Source: a virus (lineage: Duplodnaviria > Caudoviricetes). Taken from it: a stretch of 60,089 nt of DNA. A model generated the notes under the pieces. That model ran no database searches and was not told the DNA's origin. It worked only from the letters and a program-made list of their open reading frames with translations. The translations under genes and the position numbers were made by a program. Below, in pieces: positions 8,737-17,871 of the stretch. Numbering within the stretch: the stretch's first letter is position 1; each line of letters opens with the position of its first letter. Location of the stretch: positions 1-60,089 of the IMG/VR virus record IMGVR_UViG_3300032269_001358. One strand, 5' to 3'.

Positions 8737-9162
8737 TCAGAATGAACTAGAAATCGGCCGCCGGCCGAACACCTTGGAAATGCTCTCCAGGACCGCGAGG
8801 TTCTGGATCGACGGGAGCGTTCTGCCTGTGGCCCAATTGCTGACCGCACCAGGCGACACGCCGAGCGACCTGGCCAGCTGGCGCTGGCTCATGCCGCAGT
8901 TTCCAACCAGCCGTTGCGCGGCCGACGCAACTGGACTCGCCTTCCTGCGCCTCCGGGTCCTGCGCAAGCTCCGTGAGCCCTGAAGAACCGGGAGTTGGAT
9001 GCCTCGCCCAGCGGCGAGGTTGTTCCTCCATCCGTACAGTTGCGTCACGGACATGCCCATGTGCTGGGCAGTTTCCTCCACGGTGAGTCCAGCGTCAGCG
9101 CACTCGACCCACTGATGGATGCGCCGTGCGACGTCTGGCGGCGCTGATCTGATCCTCCTCAT
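8737..9162 (-). CDS. tandem HTH transcriptional regulator (C-terminal Xre/Cro-type)
   Basis: ATGA overlap with the vWA gene; GLTVEETAQHMGMSVTQLYGW and GMSQRQLARSLGVSPGAVSNWATG..P. Confidence 0.8.
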   Translation of the reverse strand: MRRIRSAPPDVARRIHQWVECADAGLTVEETAQHMGMSVTQLYGWRNNLAAGRGIQLPVLQGSRSLRRTRRRRKASPVASAAQRLVGNCGMSQRQLARSLGVSPGAVSNWATGRTLPSIQNLAVLESISKVFGRRPISSSF

Positions 9163-10520
9163 TGCTTCTCCTTGAAGAGCGGAACCACCTTGCACCAAGC
9201 CGGGATCCGCTGCGCGTAGCGGGTCTCCTGGGTCAGGGCCACCACGACCCTCGCCCTCGGCTGACTGGCAGGCCACGGCGTTGCTGCGTCGGTCACGACA
9301 ACAATGCTATCTGGCCTGCGCTCCTTGTCGACGCGACAGATGACGGATGACATATCCGTACCGCCGCCTCCAGCCCACCGGAAGTTGCTCACAGAAGACA
9401 GTCTCTCGCTGGTGCGGATTCGCGTATCAGCGCAGATGACCATGACACTGCGTAGCTTGCGCAGTCCGTCTGAGATGACCTGGAGCGCGCGCTCTTTGGT
9501 CTCTCGGTCGGACATGCTTCCAGAGGTGTCGACGATTACGACCGCATCAGACTGGGTGGTGATGTACCCGCGCAGTCTGCTCATGTCCGGAGGCTGCTTG
9601 CGCGAAAGCCTCCGGTACGTTGGCATTCGCCCGCCGATTGGAGAGGACACAGAGCTTGCGACTACCGATCTCAGGTGGTCGAAAGGACTCGGCTGTGGCC
9701 TCAGGAACTGGCTGATGGACTCGATCAGATTCCCAGGAACCCATCCAGGATTGAGAAGCTGAGCCTCTCTGGTCGCTTGCTCAGCTTGCTGCGCAGCGAT
9801 CACTTCCTGAAAAGCTTCCCAGGTCTCGTCGCGAGATTCCCACGGGCGCTGAACTCCGTCGCTTGCCGAGCCGCCGGACATGACGTCCGACTGAGCAGCC
9901 TTGCGACCAGCGTCTTCGCGGCTTCCGCTCTTGCCCTCGCGATCCTGCTTCTGGATTGCCGAGGGCGTGTCCTGCTGCCGGCCCGCAGGCATTGACTCGT
10001 CTCCATCTTCTACGCCAGGGGATGCCGGGTCTTTTTCCTGAGTGCCTTGCGGGCTCTTCGGAAGCCGGCCCATGATGAGCCGGTAGTACTCAGTCATCTC
10101 CAGGTTCGGAGGGAAGTCGAGCTTCATGCGCAGCTGCTGGCAGAAGCGGCCAAGCCTGACCCCACCCTTAGGAGCGAGGTCGCGCATGCAGTCCATCGTC
10201 TGGTCTATCACCAGATCGGCGGCGATGTTCATGCACATCTGCTCTAACGGGCTTGGATACTCCCCGTAACACTCTACCGCCCTTGCGTGGTGGCGCAATA
10301 GCAGGTGCAGCGCTTCGTGAAGGATCGTGTACGACAGGCCCTCTAAGGGGGTTTCGACCACGAACACAGGGTCCCAGAAAAGGACGCCGTCTTGCGAGAC
10401 GCCTAGGGTTCCTGTTCCTTCCGTCTCCACGGGGCGGAGAGAGTACACATACCGTGCGAGGTACGGCATGTGATCGAGCGTTCCCTCCCGCCCCTTCGCG
10501 AGCTTCTGCCTGGGGGTCAT
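9159..10520 (-). CDS. HEXXH metallopeptidase + vWA-like domain protein (DUF2201-type)
   Basis: HEALH, NIAADLVID, disordered linker, MIDAS DTSGS, GGGGTD, VVTD. Confidence 0.88.
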   Translation of the reverse strand: MTPRQKLAKGREGTLDHMPYLARYVYSLRPVETEGTGTLGVSQDGVLFWDPVFVVETPLEGLSYTILHEALHLLLRHHARAVECYGEYPSPLEQMCMNIAADLVIDQTMDCMRDLAPKGGVRLGRFCQQLRMKLDFPPNLEMTEYYRLIMGRLPKSPQGTQEKDPASPGVEDGDESMPAGRQQDTPSAIQKQDREGKSGSREDAGRKAAQSDVMSGGSASDGVQRPWESRDETWEAFQEVIAAQQAEQATREAQLLNPGWVPGNLIESISQFLRPQPSPFDHLRSVVASSVSSPIGGRMPTYRRLSRKQPPDMSRLRGYITTQSDAVVIVDTSGSMSDRETKERALQVISDGLRKLRSVMVICADTRIRTSERLSSVSNFRWAGGGGTDMSSVICRVDKERRPDSIVVVTDAATPWPASQPRARVVVALTQETRYAQRIPAWCKVVPLFKEKQ

Positions 10521-11611
10521 TTCTGACTCCCGGTCAGGTTCACGATTCGCTTCATGACGTCTGACGGGGGAAGCAGCCCGTCAGGCCGGACGCCTCCGGC
10601 TGACACCGGAGCCCATAGCGACTTCCACTGAGTGAGGAACAGCTCGATGTCCCTCTCTCCGACTTCCAGGAAAGCCCCAAGAGCGTTGACCCAACGCTGG
10701 CCGTCGGTCTTTGTCCGCAGCTCGCGCACGAGTCCGGTCAGCAGGCACAGGTTGACGTCTGGCCTGTTGCTGTACTCGTACCGAACCTGCCCAGACAGCA
10801 CCGACTCTGGGTCTATCAGGTCAATGCGGTCCAGGTAAGCCACAAACTCTGACCCCGCCGCATCTCCGACGCACCCCCTGACAAGCTGCCGGAAGACCGG
10901 AGACTTGCGGGTGTGGCCGACAGACTCGGCAGCAGAGAGGGTCTTCACCACATAGGACCAGGTCCTAGGATTCGGAAACGAGAGTTGCTCGTCCGAGTCC
11001 GGAACGCGCTCCATGCAGTCGCCGTTACCGCGAAGGAAGGACTCCACAAGGGACCCGTACTTTGGGTACATCTCCTTGTGTGAAGCCTCGACCTTCGGGA
11101 ACTTTGGGGCCCCCCACTCAAGGCCGTTCCTGAATCCCTTGAAGAGTTCCTCGCGGTCCACTACCCACTGGTGGTGGTAGAAGCGAGAGCGCATCGAGGG
11201 CGGAAGGGACCGTCCTCCGGGAGCGAGGTGAGGAGGGTTGGCTGCACCCACGATGATCGTGGATGCAGGCAGCACCCTTTCCCCAACCCTGCGCTCGGTA
11301 ATCACAGCAAGCTCTGCAGCAAGCATGACGTCCGAGACGCAGGTCAACTCGTCCAGGATCAGGAACCCAAGTCCGTCCATCATCTCCTCCACCCATGATG
11401 GTGGAAGCATGCGGGTTACTCCCGCTGTCCTGTCCGCGTCTGGGTATCCGGAGAAGTCCTCCGGCAGATGCGTCGCACCTATGAGCAGGTGCCCTCGGCG
11501 TCCAAGCGCCCGTGCCAGCGCGAGGAGGACTGTGGTCTTGCCGACCCCAGTGCCTCCCCACGCCAGCGACGGGACTACTTGACACGCTATAAAGAGCGCG
11601 TCGTTATTCAC
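10517..11611 (-). CDS. MoxR-like AAA+ ATPase
   Basis: Walker A GGTGVGKT, Walker B LILDE, AANPP, RSRF Arg finger, PNPRTW; coupled to the vWA gene. Confidence 0.9.
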   Translation of the reverse strand: MNNDALFIACQVVPSLAWGGTGVGKTTVLLALARALGRRGHLLIGATHLPEDFSGYPDADRTAGVTRMLPPSWVEEMMDGLGFLILDELTCVSDVMLAAELAVITERRVGERVLPASTIIVGAANPPHLAPGGRSLPPSMRSRFYHHQWVVDREELFKGFRNGLEWGAPKFPKVEASHKEMYPKYGSLVESFLRGNGDCMERVPDSDEQLSFPNPRTWSYVVKTLSAAESVGHTRKSPVFRQLVRGCVGDAAGSEFVAYLDRIDLIDPESVLSGQVRYEYSNRPDVNLCLLTGLVRELRTKTDGQRWVNALGAFLEVGERDIELFLTQWKSLWAPVSAGGVRPDGLLPPSDVMKRIVNLTGSQK

Positions 11612-12606
11612 CCAACCTCTCCTGGAAGAAGATCTGCAAGTGCCTCAAGCCCATCCACGCCGAACAGCTCGTCTATTTCACCGAGTGCTTCGGCTGACAT
11701 CCCTTCGTCAAAGAGACGCGCCGCAATGTTTGCGGCCGCCTCCTGCTCCTGCGCTGGCGTGAGCTCTTGAACCTCCAGCTCAGTGTCCTCGCCAGCATCC
11801 TCCTCGGCAGTCGGCTCGGCCTGCCCACGGGACGCGAGGTGGGCCTCTTCGATCTGCCGCTCGTACTCCAAGAGCGCCGCCTCGTCGGAGATCTCCGAGT
11901 CCGTGGCAGAAATCTCGATGTCCAGTGTGGGCTCCGGCCCTCCGATCAGAGCCAGCGGCTTCTGAAACGGCTTGCGTTCGTCCCACCATCGCTCGTATCG
12001 GTCGTCGTCGTAGCGCCCCTTGCTCCACGCCGAGGAGTAGTACCCGACGCTCCTGCCGTACGAGGCAGTGGCGTACGAGTAATTGCTGAACCACGCTCCG
12101 TTTTTCCAATGTCCGGCGTCCTGATTGTAGATGGAGTGCGCACCATCCGCCCTGAGGAAAACGAACTTAGAACCGCCGCTCATCTGCTCGATGCAAAACC
12201 GATACGACGGTTTGCGCCAGAAGCTCTTGTTGTTTGCGTAGAACTCCCTGAGCACGAGCTCGTTGAAGTGCCACGTGTCGCTCTTGGCCTTGTTGACATT
12301 GCAAGCAATCTGCACGACGCCGTTGTGGATGACCGCCAGTCCATTCGAAACCATGAAGGGGTGGCAGTTGTTCTTCTTCACCTCCCCGTGGGTGCGCATC
12401 CGGAAGTGGATGATGCACTGATGTTCCGCGAACGGCTCGAAGGCCGCCTGGAATCCGTGGAAGTGATCCACGCCACGACGGACAACGAGCCTGTTGTCGG
12501 CCGTCCTGGCAGCAAAACCCCACCCGTCGTCATTGTTCGCCTCGGAGGTCTTGAAGCTCTCCCACGGAATTGTGACGCCGGCTGGCTTATAGATGGCAAT
12601 GCACAT
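11608..12606 (-). CDS. class II (NTN) glutamine amidotransferase with acidic C-terminal tail
   Basis: MC N-terminus (Cys nucleophile), NDDGWG, HFRMRTHG, NCHPF, HNG, SDT. Confidence 0.9.
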   Translation of the reverse strand: MCIAIYKPAGVTIPWESFKTSEANNDDGWGFAARTADNRLVVRRGVDHFHGFQAAFEPFAEHQCIIHFRMRTHGEVKKNNCHPFMVSNGLAVIHNGVVQIACNVNKAKSDTWHFNELVLREFYANNKSFWRKPSYRFCIEQMSGGSKFVFLRADGAHSIYNQDAGHWKNGAWFSNYSYATASYGRSVGYYSSAWSKGRYDDDRYERWWDERKPFQKPLALIGGPEPTLDIEISATDSEISDEAALLEYERQIEEAHLASRGQAEPTAEEDAGEDTELEVQELTPAQEQEAAANIAARLFDEGMSAEALGEIDELFGVDGLEALADLLPGEVG

Positions 12607-12609
12607 GTG

Positions 12610-13962
12610 TCAGTCCTCGCTGCTGTTGTTGTGGAACTCGTCGAATCCCCGCCGCCTATTCCTGCCAACCTCTCGCACGTTGCGAGGGCAGAGGGCGCGG
12701 TAGTAGTCACCAAACTCACCAGCCCTAGCAAGCCACCAGTTGTGCAGGTGGTAGTACTTCTTGCGCCCGTGCGGCTGGGAAATCCACTGCATAAACACCT
12801 TCCAGTCCGACCGACTTGCGTCGTCGGCCGTGGTCTCGCAGATAGGCACACCTTGAACCCATTCGATCACCGCCTCAACTAGCTCCAGGTTCTTGGAGAT
12901 GGAGGTGATCTTTGGGCTCGGCCTAAATGCCCTAACCTCCACCGTCCGCTTGGGCTCCCTGTTGAAGGCGACGTACCTGTCGCCTCTCCCAGTGTCAGCC
13001 TCCCGCACAGCAGAGGGCAGCCTCTTGCAGAACGTGTTGGGCATCCGGCCTGACAGGTCCGAGAGGAACTTGTCGTTGACCGGATGGTGAAAGAAAACGC
13101 CCAGCTTGCCGCAGTCCAGCGGACTGACGAACTGACGGCTGATATGCACGTGCATGCCAGCTGATCCGTTGCTCCACGCCCTGACGCGTCCCGCTCCGAA
13201 CCGCCCTGCAGGAAAGGCGGAGTCGAGAACCCGGCGGTGCTCCTCGACCGTACAGGGCACGGTTGCGAACTCCACTGGGTAATTCCCGGTAACCGATCCG
13301 TCGGTCTTCTGGATCAGGTACCCCTTGGCATGTCTCATCCCGGTACGATCCCAGGCGGCATCCAGGCGAGACATGATCTCGCACACGTTGTCTTCGCTGC
13401 GGGCGTCACATTCAAATTCGTAGCCCATCCGTGGCCGCCGAGAGAGGCCGCGATTGGATCCATTCCAATCGAGAGCTCCGCACGGATTGCCTCGATGACC
13501 ACGGGCATGCAGGCTATCTCGGATCGAGCTTCTCACGCTGTCGCGGTACTGGAGGTGCCGCCTGCCTTCGGGCGTGAGAGAACCCACTTGGGCTCGCGCC
13601 GTGCTGCAGCTTGGGCATGGGCACACATAGCGTGCCGCGTCCCTCTCGATCACCTCCGACGGGGATGATTCTTCATCGTCGTAGTTAGACTCGTACTCCT
13701 CGACCGTATCGATGTACCGCTGATGCGTGTGCTGGTCCGTGAGCGTCCAGCGGTAGGCAGAGCACTGGCATCGGCCGCCCGAGCTGCCGGTTCCATATCC
13801 ACGCTGCGGCCAAGTGACGTTACCGCATTGGGCGCACGCGTCAGACCTTCTGTCCCCGTCGTCGTCCTCGCGGAACACGAGTGGCGGCAGGCAAGTCATT
13901 CCTTCTACTGGCATGTTTAGTCCTTGTGTTAGGCATCCCTGTCGGGGGCTTGGTGTGGGCAT
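12610..13962 (-). CDS. amidoligase (COOH-NH2 ligase, glutamine-synthetase fold) with Cys-rich N-terminus
   Basis: GYEFE, KTDGSV, VEFAT, AGMHVH, RYVAFN, TVEVRAF; AGGAG RBS; alternative start 13914. Confidence 0.85.
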   Translation of the reverse strand: MPTPSPRQGCLTQGLNMPVEGMTCLPPLVFREDDDGDRRSDACAQCGNVTWPQRGYGTGSSGGRCQCSAYRWTLTDQHTHQRYIDTVEEYESNYDDEESSPSEVIERDAARYVCPCPSCSTARAQVGSLTPEGRRHLQYRDSVRSSIRDSLHARGHRGNPCGALDWNGSNRGLSRRPRMGYEFECDARSEDNVCEIMSRLDAAWDRTGMRHAKGYLIQKTDGSVTGNYPVEFATVPCTVEEHRRVLDSAFPAGRFGAGRVRAWSNGSAGMHVHISRQFVSPLDCGKLGVFFHHPVNDKFLSDLSGRMPNTFCKRLPSAVREADTGRGDRYVAFNREPKRTVEVRAFRPSPKITSISKNLELVEAVIEWVQGVPICETTADDASRSDWKVFMQWISQPHGRKKYYHLHNWWLARAGEFGDYYRALCPRNVREVGRNRRRGFDEFHNNSSED

Positions 13963-13971
13963 CGAGCTCTC

Positions 13972-14826
13972 CTAGACTGCGGCAGACATAAGAGCGGCGA
14001 GCGCCGCACTGTTTGCTGCCTCGTGAATTGCGTGTCTCATGTCGGGCAGGCTATTGCCGAGCGCCGACTCATACATCTGGACTTTGCGACCGAGATCCTG
14101 CGCCGCCAGCGCGAGCGCCTGCGCTGACTTGCGCGTCAGATCTCCCGACTCGACCTTGGACTTGATGTCAGAAAGGCTTGATAGCACTTCCGCACCAAGA
14201 GACTTCGTGACAGAAGCGATCGTCTCCGGGTCCGTGCTCACCTGAAACTTGGTGATGCCGTAGCCGCGCAGCCCGGATCGATCCCGGAACGTCTCCACCT
14301 TGGGAACCGCATCGGGAGGCAGGTAGAACGTGTTGACTCCTCCGAGATCCACGCCGCCCACAAAGGAGACGACGCGATCGATGAGGTTGCGGACCTGGCT
14401 CGGGTTGAGCCAGTGCAGGTGAGAGGCAATGCTCTCGGTAACTAGCCTGGAGACCTCCGCTCCTTCAAGCGGAAAGCCCCTTGCAACCCGCAACGTGAGC
14501 ACCTGATCAGACACCAGCTGCACGCTGAAGAGAAACTCCTCAGAGTTCTGGACCGCCCTGCGGTGGACCTGAACCGCTTCGTAACTGAGCGACCCTTCGA
14601 GCGGACGGACTTCGATGACGCCCGTGAAGGGCGCCTTCCGCTGCCGAAAGGTCCTTGCAACGTCCTTCATGGCCTCCCGCAAGGCCCAGCCCTTGTGGGG
14701 CTCCCGGTAGAGGTGGCTCCTGGTGAGCCCTAGCTCCTCACACGCGATCCTCACGAGCCCTCTGCGAGTCGGCTCATTGCGTCCCCAAAGGAGCGCGGAG
14801 TGTTGTTGAATATCTGGCATTGGCAT
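13972..14826 (-). CDS. hypothetical protein heading the amidoligase/AAA operon
   Basis: 284 aa, AAGGA RBS, helical C-terminus; loosely resembles DUF6744-type proteins. Confidence 0.65.
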   Translation of the reverse strand: MPMPDIQQHSALLWGRNEPTRRGLVRIACEELGLTRSHLYREPHKGWALREAMKDVARTFRQRKAPFTGVIEVRPLEGSLSYEAVQVHRRAVQNSEEFLFSVQLVSDQVLTLRVARGFPLEGAEVSRLVTESIASHLHWLNPSQVRNLIDRVVSFVGGVDLGGVNTFYLPPDAVPKVETFRDRSGLRGYGITKFQVSTDPETIASVTKSLGAEVLSSLSDIKSKVESGDLTRKSAQALALAAQDLGRKVQMYESALGNSLPDMRHAIHEAANSAALAALMSAAV

Positions 14827-14845
14827 TACTTCTTCCTTCGTCTGT

Positions 14846-14886
14846 GCCGGCGGCGGAGCGAGCCACGAGCAGGCTCCGCCGCCGGC
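14846..14886. other. perfect 14-bp GC-rich intergenic hairpin
   Basis: gccggcggcggagc / gctccgccgccggc with 13-nt loop; no U-tract on either side. Confidence 0.75.
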
Positions 14887-14898
14887 GGAGTGAGATCA

Positions 14899-15138
14899 TC
14901 AGGTGTCGAGCATCATTACCCATCGATCCATCCGCAGATCCTGGTCGATGGCGATATCGGCCGCGATCTCCGCTTCCTCGCGGTCATCGAACGGGCCGAC
15001 CGGCATCTCGTCGGTGAGCTGGTTCACGTAAAAGAACGCTCCGGGACGCCCCTCAAACACGCGGGCAACCACCCTTGCCCCGAGGATTACGTCAGTCACC
15101 TCAACCTGCGCACCAATGACGTCACTTCTGCTGGACAT
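14899..15138 (-). CDS. hypothetical protein
   Basis: AGGAGG RBS; GPFDDREEA motif. Confidence 0.7.
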   Translation of the reverse strand: MSSRSDVIGAQVEVTDVILGARVVARVFEGRPGAFFYVNQLTDEMPVGPFDDREEAEIAADIAIDQDLRMDRWVMMLDT

Positions 15139-15155
15139 GCGAACCTCCTGAAATG

Positions 15156-15186
15156 AAAAAAGCCCACATGGTCAAGCCATGCGGGC
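15156..15186 (-). terminator. intrinsic terminator
   Basis: gcccgcatgg-cttga-ccatgtgggc followed by T6 on the minus strand. Confidence 0.75.
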
Positions 15187-15216
15187 CGGGTGATGTAGGG
15201 AAACGAATCGAACCAA

Positions 15217-15381
15217 TCAGCCCTTAATGAGGGAGACCGCCTTACTCAGAGCCAGAAACAGGACGCATGCGAGCGTCGCGACCTGCGGGCTTTCCACGGC
15301 AGTCTGGCCAAGCCAGAGCGCCACGGTAAACATCATGGATAACTGTTCGGCCATGCGACCGAAGTCGAAGTCTGACTTCAT
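15217..15381 (-). CDS. small membrane protein
   Basis: GGAG from the repeat motif precedes ATG at 15381; two hydrophobic segments. Confidence 0.55.
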   Translation of the reverse strand: MKSDFDFGRMAEQLSMMFTVALWLGQTAVESPQVATLACVLFLALSKAVSLIKG

Positions 15382-15382
15382 G

Positions 15383-15408
15383 GATGTTCTCCAGTGCCTG
15401 AAAACAAG
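15383..15408 (-). repeat. conserved intergenic motif, copy 1
   Basis: GATGTTCTCCAGTGCCTGAAA identical at 15383, 18811 and 19617; variant at 16622. Confidence 0.9.
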
Positions 15409-15411
15409 CAC

Positions 15412-15537
15412 TCACCCGAGCTTGCGCTCGTCCAAGTGCCTCAGAACCTCGCAACAAGGCGCGCGCCTGTTGCGTTTGTGGTGCGCTCTGCGAACAAAGC
15501 GCTTCCACCTCCTTGCCGAAGCTGTGTGAGGGCGCAT
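15412..15537 (-). CDS. small basic peptide (41 aa)
   Basis: Read manually: MRPHTASARRWKRFVRRAHHKRNRRAPCCEVLRHLDERKLG; fills the gap up to the repeat. Confidence 0.35.
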   Translation of the reverse strand: MRPHTASARRWKRFVRRAHHKRNRRAPCCEVLRHLDERKLG

Positions 15538-15560
15538 CGCCCACACTCTTTGCCATGCTG

Positions 15561-16076
15561 TCATTGCGAACTCCGAATAGCCGCCCTGATCACGGCACGA
15601 TTGCCCTCAGACATCTCCAGCGCCAGTGTCCTGTTGTAGTCCTCAAGCCAGTGGTGGTAGAGCGCTGAGGACGCCAACGACGGTGGGGCCAACTCCGTTG
15701 GCCTCTGTGCTACCTGCGCCGCCCGAATCCTAATGACCCTTGGAATCACGAACGCGCAGTGTCCGTAACGTTGCAAATGGAGCGCCTCACGCTTGCAATC
15801 GATCATTGCCTGCGTGTCAGACGACGCTTCAAACCTGTCCCAAATCCGCCCAGTCGTCTCGTCCGACCAGACAAAGCTTTCGCTGTGGCCGGTAGACCTC
15901 AAGGCCGCCTGGATGGCCAGCTCAAAATCGCCCTCATTGACAGCTACCCACAAGAGCCAGGCGCGGCACTCGTCCCAGCATTGTCGATCAATCGCGCTGC
16001 CCTGAGGGTTCTGGCTCCTCACGTTCGCGCAGCTAGCGAAGGAAGGTATCATCCCGAGCCTGTGGAAGTGTGTCAT
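15561..16076 (-). CDS. hypothetical protein
   Basis: AAGGAG RBS, ATGA overlap. Confidence 0.6.
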   Translation of the reverse strand: MTHFHRLGMIPSFASCANVRSQNPQGSAIDRQCWDECRAWLLWVAVNEGDFELAIQAALRSTGHSESFVWSDETTGRIWDRFEASSDTQAMIDCKREALHLQRYGHCAFVIPRVIRIRAAQVAQRPTELAPPSLASSALYHHWLEDYNRTLALEMSEGNRAVIRAAIRSSQ

Positions 16077-16411
16077 CGACGCTCCTTCACGTTGGTCCAA
16101 ACGCCGTGTCCGTTGCGACGAAGACCATCGGAGTAACGCCTCTCCATCGCCTCTGCCATTTCCCGACTTGCGGTTTCCTGCACAACGAAGCAGTTGACCG
16201 CCGCTTCGTGGTGATCCTCACAGCCGGACCACATCGCGATGATGTGGTTTCCGCCCAGCCCACCAATGAAATGGCGGTACAGCCGGTCCAGCACTGGCAA
16301 GGCCGTAGACCCGACGTAGAAGCACGACCCTGTGATCTCGTGCGGGTTCCGGGCACGAAACTTGGCGCAGTTAACAATGCCCGAGAGGAGTTTGACCCTG
16401 TAAACAATCAT
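16073..16411 (-). CDS. GIY-YIG-like nuclease
   Basis: IVY...FYVGST....RL.RH and downstream E..E helix. Confidence 0.6.
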   Translation of the reverse strand: MIVYRVKLLSGIVNCAKFRARNPHEITGSCFYVGSTALPVLDRLYRHFIGGLGGNHIIAMWSGCEDHHEAAVNCFVVQETASREMAEAMERRYSDGLRRNGHGVWTNVKERR

Positions 16412-16596
16412 CGCTTTTCCTTTCTCATGTAGCCCGCGTGGACCAGGGCCTTCATTGGCCGTTTCTTGTCACGCGACCTGCAAAGCTGATACACATGAAC
16501 CGTGGGACCTACGGCAACGCACACCGTGTGGTTGCCTTTTGGGACATCGAAGAAGGCCCCGTCACAGGGGCCATAGATCATCTGGTATCTCCGCAT
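16408..16596 (-). CDS. small hypothetical protein
   Basis: GGAGG RBS; GPCDG motif. Confidence 0.6.
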   Translation of the reverse strand: MRRYQMIYGPCDGAFFDVPKGNHTVCVAVGPTVHVYQLCRSRDKKRPMKALVHAGYMRKEKR

Positions 16597-16621
16597 TCCG
16601 CCTCCCTTCTGAGGTGCTACT

Positions 16622-16654
16622 AGTGTTCTCCAGCCCCTGAAAAATAGGGGTTTT
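16622..16654 (-). repeat. conserved intergenic motif, copy 2 (variant)
   Basis: agTGTTCTCCAGccCCTGAAAaataggggtttt. Confidence 0.8.
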
Positions 16655-16928
16655 AGACAAGGTCTCCGTCGAGCATGTCGCGGGAGTCCTCCACGAGGAT
16701 CTGCATCAGGTCCTCTGCGTCTTGATGCGCCGAGAACGGCGCATCCACCGACTCGTAGAGCATGATCAGACGCGACAGGAGCGCCCTGAACTCCAGTCGC
16801 TGCCTCCTGAGGTCATCGATGTCAAGCGCAGCCAGCCTCAGGTGCCTGGCCATGTCCGACAGGCTTGGCATCGCTGCCAGCACCCGCAGTTTGTCCGTGT
16901 CGCTTGCTGCCGTCGCTCGTGGGCTCAC
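16653..16928 (-). CDS. hypothetical protein
   Basis: AGGAG RBS, GTG start, helical. Confidence 0.55.
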   Translation of the reverse strand: MSPRATAASDTDKLRVLAAMPSLSDMARHLRLAALDIDDLRRQRLEFRALLSRLIMLYESVDAPFSAHQDAEDLMQILVEDSRDMLDGDLV

Positions 16929-17307
16929 CTTTGCTCTCCTTTAGGAATCCGATCCTGATAAACGAGTCCCAAACCTTGTCGATGTCTTCGATAAGCCAGA
17001 CCCGACTGTGGTCAGATATTGGCTTTCCGCTGACCACCAACTGAGTCACGACACGCATGACTCGATACGTACAGGCGAGCTCACTGAAGCTCAGCGGTGG
17101 GTAGCCGCCTGCGATATTGATCAACCGTCCGCTTTCGAGGATCAGCTGCGCCGCCTCCTCGAAGTCCTTTCGGGCAGTCTCGCCGGGCTCTGTAGAAAGC
17201 GCCTGGCAGTGGTGCAGAAGCCTTTCCAGTGACTCAGTGAGTCGGAGAACCTGATCGCCTCGTTCTGCACAGAGCCGGGCAGTCTCGGCGTTGTCTCGCA
17301 TCGTCAT
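16822..17307 (-). CDS. hypothetical protein
   Basis: GGAGG RBS, ATGA overlap at 17307; C-terminal tail overlaps the next gene. Confidence 0.55.
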   Translation of the reverse strand: MTMRDNAETARLCAERGDQVLRLTESLERLLHHCQALSTEPGETARKDFEEAAQLILESGRLINIAGGYPPLSFSELACTYRVMRVVTQLVVSGKPISDHSRVWLIEDIDKVWDSFIRIGFLKESKGEPTSDGSKRHGQTAGAGSDAKPVGHGQAPEAGCA

Positions 17308-17546
17308 TCCGCCCTCCATTCCGTACGGTCTTCCAGCACTTTGCTGGGGAGGCCACGCCGCGCTCCCGCATACCTCGTAATCCGCACCTTCACGAACGCC
17401 TTGCGCTCGATTGGCATGATCCACCAGAAGTCCTCCTTGTAGAGGTAGTGGTTCTGGTAGGCCGTGGCCTCCTCGTCGCTATCGAACGGCCCGTGAATGG
17501 TGAGCCCTTGCCAGGGCGCGCCGACTACCAACACGACTTTGCTCAT
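17304..17546 (-). CDS. hypothetical protein
   Basis: AAGGA RBS; HGPFDSDEEA motif. Confidence 0.6.
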   Translation of the reverse strand: MSKVVLVVGAPWQGLTIHGPFDSDEEATAYQNHYLYKEDFWWIMPIERKAFVKVRITRYAGARRGLPSKVLEDRTEWRAE

Positions 17547-17577
17547 GGGCGATGGTCCTTTTAGAGATGGTGATAGG

Positions 17578-17871
17578 TCACTGCGAATCTGGGACAAATG
17601 GATGAGCACCCAGGAGACGCTGAAGGTCTGCCGCGTACTCGTCCTCCCAATCAAGCAGCTTGGATTCGTCCCGAAGAAACTCGTAGTGCTTCTCTTCAGG
17701 ACTGTCGTCTGCTTCGTGAGGAGATTCTGTGCTCCATCGGTACCCTCCAAGCCAGAAGTCTGGCTCCCAGGAAAGGTCGAAGTTGAACCTGCCGATTGTC
17801 ATGGTGACGCTTCTGCAATCGCACACTGTTGCCTCCTGTGCCCGCGTGGGCGTGAAATGGTGATAGATCAC
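17578..17871 (-). CDS. hypothetical acidic protein
   Basis: GTGA overlap with the upstream ORF. Confidence 0.5.
   Translation of the reverse strand: MIYHHFTPTRAQEATVCDCRSVTMTIGRFNFDLSWEPDFWLGGYRWSTESPHEADDSPEEKHYEFLRDESKLLDWEDEYAADLQRLLGAHPFVPDSQ

Noticed and set aside
8673-8849. N-terminal extension of the serine recombinase
   Set aside because: It crosses the terminator and the HTH gene end; the RBS supports GTG at 8672.
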